Below, one piece after another: positions 20,776-30,910 of a stretch of 64,000 nt of DNA. The stretch spans positions 5,146,001 through 5,210,000 of the forward strand of contig NC_088810.1 in assembly GCF_011386835.1 (NCBI RefSeq). Reading direction: 5' to 3'. Source of the stretch: Chrysemys picta bellii. Its lineage: Eukaryota. The position numbers were made by a program, and so were the translations under genes. Every line of letters starts with the position of its first letter. Within the stretch, counting starts at the first letter, position 1. The notes under the pieces are model-generated. The model was not told the origin of the DNA and searched no databases. It saw only the letters and a list, made by a program, of their open reading frames with translations.

Positions 20776-23700
20776 ATGCCTGCCCCCCAGCATTACCCCG
20801 AGCTGATCCAGCAGCACCGGCAGGCCCTGCTCTGCTGGATTAAGGGGAACCCCCAGCCCCTGCTGCGTCGGCTCCACGACACCAAGGTGCTGAGCCAGGC
20901 CGAGTACTTCGCCCTACTGGAGACGGCCCCCGAGATGAACCAGGTCATCGCGCTGCTGGAGTCGGTCAGCCAGGGTGTCGAGCGGAGCCGGTGCTTCCTG
21001 GAGGCGCTGCGGGAGCTGCAGGAGGAATACGGCGCCGAGCTCCAGCAATGGCTGAAGGAGAAGTACCCGGAGAAAAAGAGACCGTGTCCTCCATTGCAAC
21101 CAGGTACGGGGCCTGTCCCCTCTAGGGCGCACCAGCTCCCACCCAGCCCCAGGGCGGGGCACTGCCTGGCTCAGGGGGGTGGGACACGTGGCCTGTTCCC
21201 TCCAGGGGGCACCAGCTCCCACCCAGCCCCAGGGCGGGGCACTGCCTGGCTCAGGGGGGTGGGACACGTGGCCTGTCCCCTCCAGGGGGCGCCAGCTCCC
21301 ATCCAGCCCCAGGGTGGGGCACTGCCTGGCTCAGGGGGGCTGGCACTGGGGGCTGCATCTGTAATTTGGGGGAAATCACAGGAACGCCATAAGGTTCTGC
21401 CTCACGTCAGCCATCGCTGTGTCCAGGTGTCTTTCCCATCCCTTCCTCCAGCTTTCCATCTTCAACCATCCCTCCGTCTACCCGGCTTTCTTTTACAGCC
21501 TTCCACGTGGCCAGCCGTGGTTTTATGTCCCTCCAACCTGCCGTCCAAACAGCCTGTTTGATATCCATCATCCTTCCGTCTTTCTGTACCCAGACAGCCT
21601 TCCGATCCACCCACCCGTCCACCCATCCTTCTCTAGTTCCATTCACCCACCCACCCTTCCACCTATCCTTCTTTTATAGCTATCCATACAAATAACTGCC
21701 CTTTTTTCCATCTATCCATCCAACCCCCCCACCCACCCATCCAACCCCCCAACCATCCATCCACCCATCCAACTTTCCATCCATCCTTCTTTTACTGCTA
21801 CCCATACATAGATCAAATTATCCTTCTTTATATCCATCCATCCACCCATGCAACTTTTTTATATCCATCCACCCATCACAGGGTTCTCTACTCACCACTG
21901 GAGCGCCTCCTCCTGGCCCCTTGGAGGATTAGCGCTTTCCAGGTCCGATGCCCCTTCTGCAGGGTTGCGCCCCCTGCTGTCTCTCTCTCTCTCACTCTCA
22001 CACTCCGGGTGCTCTCCCTTCAAGGCTCGGCCCTCTGGCCAGCTCACCCTGGGTTTTCCCCCTTCCAGGGTATCAAAGTCTTTCCATAGTAACTGTCTCC
22101 AGCTGTCTTCTCAGTCACTGCCCAGGTGGCACCACTTCCCCAGGGGCTGGTGGGTAACACGGACCCAGCCTCTATTCCAGGTTCCAGCCCAGCAACCTTC
22201 TAATCCACAGCCAAGGTCTGCACCATCTTAAACCTCGCTGCCCTTTCCCTGCCCCTCTCCCCCGGCTCCCTTCCTTCCCTCGCTAACGTCCAGACAGTGG
22301 CTGCAGGCTCCTTCCTTGCAGCCCCCTTCTGCTGTGAGTTTCCTGGCTTTATCCCAGCCCCACCTGTTCCTGCTCAGCCGGGCTCCATCACCAGTCAGGG
22401 GTTACTTCAGCCGCTCAGTTCCCTTTAGCTGTGGCCTACACAGTTAACTGGCCCCTTCTCAGCCTCGTCCCATCTTTTTTATATCCATCCATCCATCCAT
22501 CCATCCACACAAGCAGCCTTCCAGCCATAGCCCCAGCTAGCCACATTTTTATATCTATCCATCCTTTATATCTATCCATCCATCCTTTTTATATCCCTCC
22601 AACCATCCATCCAGCCTTCCATCTATCTACCCATCCACCTTCCATCCATCTACCCTTCCAACCTTCCATTCATCCAACCTTTTCCATCCATGTCTTTTTA
22701 TATCTATCCACCTAACCAACGTCCATCCACCTTCCATCCGTCTACCCATCCAGCCTTCAATCCATGCAACCTTCCACCCATCCATCCGTCTTCTTTCCAT
22801 CCATCCACCCACACCTCCAGCCTTCCATCCATCTACCCATCCACCTTCCATCCATCTACCCTTCCAACCTTCCATTCATCCAATCTTTTCCATCCATGTC
22901 TTTTTATATCTATCCACCTAACCAACGTCCATCCACCTTCCATCCGTCTACCCATCCAGCCTTCAATCCATGCAACCTTCCACCCATCCATCCGTCTTCT
23001 TTCCATCCATCCACCCACACCTCCAGCCTTCCATCCATCTACCCATCCACCTTCCATCCATCTACCCTTCCAACCTTCCATTCATCCAATCTTTTCATCC
23101 ATGTCTTTTTATATCTATCCACCTAACCAATGTCCATCCACCTTCCATCCGTCTACCCATCCAGCCTTCAATCCATGCAACCTTCCACCCATCCATCCGT
23201 CTTCTTTCCATCCATCCACCCACACCTCCAGCCTTCCATCCATCTACCCATCCACCTTCCATCCATCTACCCTTCCAACCTTCCATTCATCCAATCTTTT
23301 CCATCCATGTCTTTTTATATCTATCCACCTAACCAACGTCCATCCACCTTCCATCCGTCTACCCATCCAGCCTTCAATCCATGCAACATTCCACCCATCC
23401 ATCCGTCTTCTTTACGTCCATCCACCCACACCGCCAGCCTTCCATCCATCTTTTTTATTTCCATCCATCCCCACATCCAGACTTGCAGCCTTCTTCCACC
23501 CATCTGTCATTTTATATCCATCCACCCACCCATCCAACCTTCCAGCTGTCCATCTTTCTCGTATCTATTCACTCATCCGACTCTCCTTTTGATATCCATC
23601 CATCCACACATCCAGCCACCTTTCTTTAATATTCATATAGCCAACTCTCTTTTTTTTATAGCCATCCACCCATCCAACCACTATTTTTATCTCCATCCAT

Positions 23701-26700
23701 CTTTCTTTTGCAGACAATCCCAACCCTCCGAAATCCAACCACACATTCCTGCGGAAAATCCTGCGGAAACACACCAAGAAGTATGAGCCAACCCCAGAGC
23801 CGCCAGGTGAGACCCCCCCTGCCACCCCCACCTCACCAACCAACCTCAGGAACAATTATCAATGCGGGATCATCAGCTCAAGACAGGCTGGGAGGGGAGT
23901 GGGGTCTAGTGGGTTAGAATAGGGGGACTGGGAGCCCGGACTCCTGGGTTCTATCCCTGTCTCTGGGAGGGGAATGGGGTCTAGTGGTCAGAATAGGGGG
24001 ACTGGGAGCCAGGGCTCCTGGGTTCTATCCCTGTCTCTGGGAGGGGAATGGGGTCTAGTGGTTAGCATGGGGGGGCTAGGAGCCAGGACTCCTGGGTTCT
24101 ATCCTCAGCTCTGGGAGGGAAGTGGGGTCTAGTGGGTTAGAATAGGGAGACTGAGAGCCCGGACTCCTGGGTTCTATCCCTGTCTCTGGGAGGGGAATGG
24201 GGTCTAGTGGTCAGAATAGGGGGGCTGGGAGCCAGGGCTCCTGGGTTCTCTCCCCAGCTCTGGGAGGGGAATGGGGTCTAGTGGTTAGCATGTGGGGGCT
24301 GGGAGCCAGGATTCCTGGGTTCTCTTCCCCAGTTCTGAGGCCACAGCTGGATGTCATGGAGGAGGTGTGGGCAGGGAGAGGCTTGGCACAGCCCAGCTCT
24401 GGGGCCCGGATTTGGGTCCTTCCCCCAAGCAACAAGGACACTTGTCCCTTGTCCAACAGGTGAGGAGCGCACTAGGAACCTGAACTTCCGAAAGGCCCCG
24501 AGCGCCCCGCTGAAAGGTATGGAGTGAGGGGGCTGGGTTGGGGAGGGAGGTCGGGGGAGGGAGGTCAGAGGGAGGGTCAGGGTGTTGGGAGCAGGGGAGA
24601 GAGTTGGGGTGACAGATGGGCCTGGGGAAGGGAAGGGAAGTTGTGGGGAGGGATGGAGGGGTGGGAGCGGGGGTTGGGGGCAGGGCCAGGGATGGTGGGG
24701 TCAGGTTAGGGGAGTTGGGAAAGGATCTTCGGGTTGGGGGCGAGGCAGGGGCAGAGATGGGGGTTGAGGGGAGGATTTGGGGGCAGAGATGGGGGAGTTG
24801 CAGAGGGATTGGGGGAAAAGATGGGGGTTGAGGGAGGCCTGGGGGAGGGGGGGACAGATAGGGGAGTTGCAGAAGGACTGGGGGCTGGGAGGGCTGGAGG
24901 AGTTAGGAGGCGGATCGAGGCGTGAGGGGCAGACCCTGGGGTCTGGGGGGTGCAGACACTCGACCCCCCCGCTGTTCCTCCCCTCCCCCCAGCTGTCCTG
25001 CAGCGCCACCGGGCCTCTCTGCTGCGGCATACCCAGCAGCTGTGCACCAACGCCAGTGACGCCCGCTCCTGCGGCCTCCTCGAGATCCGCTACACCCCGC
25101 TGCTGCTGCTGGACCACCCCGGCCCCACCGCCCCCCCCCGGGCATGAGCACCTGGCCCTGGCCGCCCGCCGCGCCCGCCTCCTCCCGCTCCACGCCCCCC
25201 GCCGGCTCCCCCTGCGCCACCTCCTGCCCCGCTGCCCACCGAGACCCAGGCCCCCCGCCGGGTGGCCCTGAGCGGCGCCGCCGGCATCGGCAAGAGCGTG
25301 ACCGTGCAGAAGATCTTGCACGACTGGGCGCTGGGGCGCGGCGTTCCAGGGCCCCCTCTGCGCCTTGGATTTCTCCTGCCGGGAGCTCAGCGTGATGTCC
25401 AGCCCGGTCACCCTGGAGGGGCTGATCTGTGCCAAGCGTCCCCACCTCCAGGAGGTGCTGCCCGAGCTGCTGGCGCGGCCCGGGGACCTCCTCGTCCTCG
25501 TGGACGGTTTGGACGAATTCCGGCACCCGCTGGAAGGCGGAACTCCCCGCCACCGGCCCGGCCACCCGGCCCACGTCAAGGAGCTGCTGCGGGGACTCCT
25601 CGACGGGACCCTGCTGCCCGGGGCGGCCCGTCGTGGTGACGTCCCGGCCGTGCCCGACCCTCTCCGGCATCCCCTTTGATCGCCACTTGCTGATCCTCGG
25701 CTTTGACGAGGACCAGGTGGAGGACTACTTCCACCGGTTCTTCCGGGATGCCGAGCGAGCCGCTGCCGTGCAGGGCTACATCTCCGGCCACCAAGGCTTA
25801 GCCGGGCTTTGCTTCATCCCCCTCTACTGCTTCATCTTATGCACCGCCCTGGGGGAGTTCTTCCCCGCCGGCCAGGCAGCTGACCCATCTCCGCCCACCA
25901 CCATCACCGAGGTCTATCGCTGCTATATGGCCACCATCCTGGGTCGCAGCTGGTCCTCCGGAGCCGGGCGCCGGGCAGCTGGTCCTGCGCCTGGGGCGCC
26001 TGGCGTACGCCGCCCTGTTGGCCGGCAAGATCCTCTTCACCCCAGCTGAGCTGCGGGAATTCGGATTCGACCCCCAAGACCTTCCGGGCACTTTCTTCAA
26101 CCCCATCTTCTCCAGAGAAGACCACCAGGTCTATTGCTTCTTCCACCTGACGGTGCAGGAGTTCCTGGCCGCGCTCTACTGCGTGGCTGCCCTGGATCCT
26201 GGCGCCGAGGACCTCACGCCCTGCCTGGATCTCTGGTGGGAGGGATCGGCCCAGCAGGACGGGGACCCGGAGCCCTCCTGGACGTCACCAGGCGAATCCA
26301 GTCTCCTCCACTCCACCAGGCAGCTCCTGAGGGGCCACCAGCCCCGGTGGGACAATCTCCAGATGTTCGCCAGGTTCTTCATGGGGCTGCTGACCTCCAG
26401 GATGGAGGGGAAGCTGGAGGGGTTGACCGCAGGCTTCTCCGGAGACGTGCTGGGGCCCGTGGCGGACTGGCTGGGGAGGAAGCTCAGGGGAGACACCGAG
26501 AGGCGCCTCCTCTCGCTCCTGCACTGCGTGGCGGAGCTGCGCCAGGAGGGGGTGACGGGCCGGGTGGCCCGCGAGCTGGAAGACGTCAACCTCTTCAAGG
26601 TGACCCTCAACCCAGCCGACTGCGCCGCCCTGGCCTACGTGCTGGGGGGCCTCCGAGCCCGGGAGAGTGAAGAACCTCAACTTGAGCTACAGCAACATGG

Positions 26701-26754
26701 CATGGCTGGGCTGCGCAGGATCCGGGGGCTGCTGCACCGCTGCGAGACGCTGCA

Positions 26755-26797
<43 letters not shown>

Positions 26798-28828
26798 CGC
26801 CACCCAGGACTCCTGGGTTCTAGCCCCAGCTCTGGGAGGGGGCCTAGTGGTTAGAGCAGGGGGGGCTGGGAGTCAGGACTCCTGGGTTCTATCCCTGGCT
26901 GTGGGTGGGGAGTGGGGGTCTAGTGGTTAGAGCGGCGGGGGGGGGGATTAAGAGCCAGGACTCCTGGGTTCTATCCTAGCTCCGGGAGCGGGGGGTGCTC
27001 GGTGCTCCGGTCCCCTCTCACGCTGACCACTCCTCTGCAGGTTGCGCTACAATTCTCTGGACAAGGAGGCAGCCGTCATAGAGGCCGAGGTGCTGAGATC
27101 CCCCCAGTGCCAAGTGAAACGGCTGCTGTGAGTGACCACGGCCCCAGGACGGGGCGCAGGCTGGCGGGGGGGGGGGGGCAATGGGGCACATGGGCTTTCC
27201 CCTCTAGGGGACCCCAGCTCTGATCCAGCCCCAGCGTGGGGACTGGCTGGCTCAGGGGGGCAGAAAATGGGCTTTGGGCCCTTCTAACTCCATATGGGAA
27301 TTGAGTTTGCCGGGTCTCAGCCCCGTTCCCAGCTGGGACAGGGACTATCTCCCCCTCTCCCCCCCTCAGATACTAACTGACCCCTTTGCTGGCAGCCCCA
27401 AAAGAGATGCCAAGGGCTGGCTGGGCCGTGGGGCGTGAGCCCCCCTCTCTGGGGTTCAGGGGTGGGATGCAGCCAGTGTTGTCGGGCTGGGGGGAATTTC
27501 TGAACTGGCCCCTTTCCCGCTCTCGAGTGGATCCCGTCGCTCTGCTACCCTGCAGCCTGTGCGGGAACTGCCTGGGCTCGGAGGGGGCGAGGCGGCTGTG
27601 GGAGGCCCTGCGGGAGAACCGCACCCTGGAGGAGCTGTACCTGGACATCACCGGCATCACCGACAGCGGCCTGGACAACCTGCTGCCCTGCCTCCTGGCC
27701 AACAGCACCCTCCGGCTCCTGACGTGAGTGCCAGCAGCTCCCTGCAGAGGGCTCTGTGCTGCGGGGGGAGCTCTCCCCTGACAGGCAGGGCTGGCCCGGA
27801 GCCCCAGCATGGCACTAGGGGGCGATGTGCTGCAGGGGGTGTGATGGGGACTCTCCCCTGACAGGCAGGGCTGGCCCGGAGCCCCAGCATGGCACTAGGG
27901 GGCGATGTGCTGCAGGGGGTGGGATGGGGACTCTCCCCTGGCAGGCAGGGCTGGTCCCGATGCCCCTGGGTGGCGCTAGGGGGCGCTGTGCTGCAGGGGG
28001 TGGGATGGGGACTCTCCCTTGGCAGTCAGGGTTGGCCCCAATACCCCTGCAGGGCGCTAGGGGGCGCTGTGCTGCAGGGGGTGGGATGGGGACTCTCCCC
28101 TGGCAGTCAGGGTTGACCCCAATACCCCTGCAGGGCACTAGGGGGCGCTGTGCTGCAGGGCCCCGATGCCCCTGGGTGGCGCTAGGGGGCGCTGTGCTGC
28201 AGGGGTGGGATGGGCACTCTCCCCTAGCAGTCAGTTCTGGCCTCAATATTGCATCTCTGCACCGGGTGAGGGGGTCCTTGTATAAACAGCCCGCACGCTC
28301 CACCACAGAGGTGGCCGCATTTCAGTGTTGAGTGAGGGATCCCTGTATAACTAGCTCTCATGCTGCACCCCAGCAGCAGCCGCATCTCAGCGCCCAGTAT
28401 ATACAATGGCTCCACCGCTGCCAGCCCCCGGCAAGCAATCCCAATATAAACCGGCCGCTGCACCCCAGAGGCAGCTGCATCTTTGCGATCCCCTTACGTG
28501 TTGTCCCCCGCCTCTGGGCAGCATCGTGGGGAACCGGCTGAGCGAGGCCGGGCAGCAGATCCTGTCGGAGCTGAGCCGTCGCAAGCCAGGCCTGAAGGTG
28601 ATCAGCACGTTCGAGAGCGACATGGGCCTGCTCCAGGCCTACCTGGACTGGGTGGAAGAGATCAAGGCCGACCCCGACCAGATGGACGCCGTGAAGAATG
28701 CCGACGCCCTGCGCTGCATCGTCTCCGTCCTCCGGGACTTGGACGAATCCAGGACCAGCCCCGAGGCCCGGGCCAGAATCCAAGAGCTGAGGAGAGAGAT
28801 CAGCGCCCTCCTGGGGGAGAAGGAATGA
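20776..28828 (+). CDS. CARD-NACHT-LRR NLR with NLRX1-like body and C-terminal three-helix domain, about 932 aa after correcting 7 frameshifts (assembly errors or recent pseudogene)
   Basis: Exons 20776-21103 (CARD: LIQQHRQALL...VLSQAEY), 23714-23806, 24460-24516, 24993-26754 (Walker A GAAGIGKS, Walker B LLVLVDGLDEF, VVTSRP, FHLTVQEFLAA), 27041-27127, 27556-27723, 28522-28828. All GT-AG with compatible phases. AATAAA at 29636. An upstream coding exon cannot be excluded because the ATG directly follows an acceptor. Confidence 0.85.
21873..22470. mobile_element. Probable degenerate LTR in NLR intron 1
   Basis: Complex block starting TCACAGGGTTCTCTACTCACCACTG inside a (CCAT)n tract; resembles turtle LTRs I recall; termini decayed, no clean TSD. 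Confidence 0.45.
22560..23480. repeat. ~206-bp tandem repeat built from CCAT/CCTT microsatellite (about 4 copies)
   Basis: TGTCTTTTTATATCTATCCACCTAACCAA recurs at about 22690, 22896, 23101, 23307. Confidence 0.85.
27811..28200 (+). repeat. 80-bp tandem repeat carrying CTCF-like motifs (6 copies) in the last NLR intron
   Basis: GGC(A/G)CTAGGGGGCG(A/C)TG at about 27811, 27891, 27971, 28051, 28131, 28178. Confidence 0.8.
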
Positions 28829-30639
28829 AAGGTGCTAGGAGCTGCACGTCTCGCTGCTAGGCTCCTTCCCGCCACAGGGGGGAGACACTCACTCAGATCC
28901 CCCATGATGACATCTGGGTAAAGCTGTAGGGTAACTTAGGTGTTTAGGGGAGCTGGAAACAGGACACGGGGCCTTTCCCCTGTAGGGGGCGCTGGCGCCC
29001 ATCTGGGCCCAGGTTCGGGGACTGGCTGGCTCAGGGGGGCAGGGAATGGGACCTTTCCCCTCTAGGGGCCACTGGCACCGATCCAGCCCCTGGGTGGGGG
29101 GCTGGCTGGCTCAGGGGGGCAGGGAATGGGACACGGGGCCTTTCCCCGCTAGGGGGTGCTGGCTCCCATCCGGCCCCAGATTATTCCCATCCGAATGGCT
29201 GTGTGTAATGACGGCGAGGTTCTCAGCTCCGTTCCCAGTAGGGCGGACACCCCCATTACCCTCCCCACCACAAGGACATTAAGCAGCCCTATTGCCGCCA
29301 TGGAGTCTGAACCCCCTCCTCCCTCATCTGCAGGGCATGGAGATAAACTGGCAGAGGGATGTGGGGCGGGGCCGGGGGGGGTCTGCCTGTGAATTTCACA
29401 GCAAGAGCTGGGATAGAACCCAGCTGCCAGTGCCTGGGAGTTACGGAGAATCCCTCTCATTCTGAGCACTATAGGGGACATGACACACGGTAGAACATAT
29501 CTACTTCCCTGCCACAGGGGGTAGTAGTGAGTACATCATCAGATTCACACTCCTCTGCTAATTTCAGTATAAACTCGCTCCGGGGTGGGAATGTTTTCAT
29601 ATAAATCCCCTTTAAAAAGGGAGCTATTTGTAATGAATAAATTTGTATTCCTAGTCATTGTTTGTATTGCTGTAGCCCTCAGAGCCCGAGTCCCGGGGGC
29701 TGACGCCGATGCCCCGGCACGGCACTGGGGGGCACTGTGCTCCAGGAAGCAGGGCAGGGTGGGGGCTCTCCCCTGGCAGTCAGGGCGGCCCCGATGCCCC
29801 TGGGTGGCTTATTGGGTGCTATGGTGAGATATTGTCCCAGTTCACTCAGGGAGTCTCTGGATGGATGGGGTGGGGGGTGTCGGATCATCCCACCCCTAAA
29901 TCCTGGGTTGACCCAGTCTAGCCGGGCCCCCCTACTGCCTCCCTTCTCCCTAGGGAGACCCCCCAATTCCCCCTTCCTTACCTCAATACCCCACGTCCCC
30001 TTGAACCATTCTCCCCACCCCATTCCCCATATTTGGGAAGTCCAAGCCCAGTTCACCCCCAAACACCTGGCACCCCCTCCCTGGACAGCTTGGTGCCCCC
30101 TCCCTCTCTGTTGCCCCAGAGACCCCAGGCTGGGGGTATGTGGATGGAGAGAGGGGTTCTGGGTGAAATTCCCATGGGGGGAACCACCCCTCTGCAGGGG
30201 GCATTGGGGTGCAATTTCCCCCCACTCCACCCTGCCCCCCCCTTTTGCTGCACACTGGACCCCTCCCCCATTTCTCTGTGTTAAGGACCTACCCCCCAGA
30301 CCAGAGTTCGATCCCCTCCTCGGGGGCCCTGATCCTTTTCCCCACATGCCAGGGGCCCTGATCCTGGCCTTCCCCTTCCCCACAGTGGGCTGCCCCCCTC
30401 CCCCCCATAAACCAGATTAGCCCAGCCCCCCACTAATCCCGGTAGGCAGCGACTGGCTGCTGGGCCAACTCCCCCAGCCCAGGGTGGCCAGGCCAGGGGG
30501 CTGGAGCAGCTGCCGGTGGGGCAGAGCCCGTCCCCCATCTCCTGTGTGCAGTTGGGGGGATCTGGGCTACCCCAGGGGCCCAGCTGGCAGGAGAAGCTGC
30601 AGAGTTAGAAGCCTCTCGACCCATCTCGCTAAGCCCCGC

Positions 30640-30910
30640 CCCAAATAGGCGTAGGTCCCGCCCACATCCCAATAGGCCCCTCCCCAGAGAACCATAGTCC
30701 CCTCCCATCCATGTCACCGCCCCCGGTCCCCTACGAAGCTCCGCCCTATCTCCTACAGCCTTTCTCCAGGCTCCGCCCCATCTCGCCACAAGCTCCGCCC
30801 TCCGCCCGTCTAGCCACGCCCCACCGCGTGGCGCTGATCGGTTTATTCCGCCCACGGAGCCGGGACCATGGAGGGGCCGAGCGGGGCCGCCCGGAGCGCG
30901 GGGTGAGGGG
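30640..30910 (+). promoter_or_regulatory. CpG-rich promoter and exon 1 of C19orf84
   Basis: Dense CpGs and repeated CCGCCC GC-boxes directly upstream of GGACCATGG (ATG at 30868). Confidence 0.65.

Noticed and set aside
23885-24340. tRNA genes suggested by GGTCTAGTGGTTAG and GGTTC motifs
   Set aside because: No acceptor stem or anticodon arm can be formed; these are SINE-head-derived repeats.
20776-28828. Calling the NLR NLRX1, NOD1 or NLRP12
   Set aside because: A CARD replaces the mitochondrial leader, the synteny differs from NLRX1 (human 11q23), there is no PYD, and the LRR and C-terminal architecture do not match NOD1.
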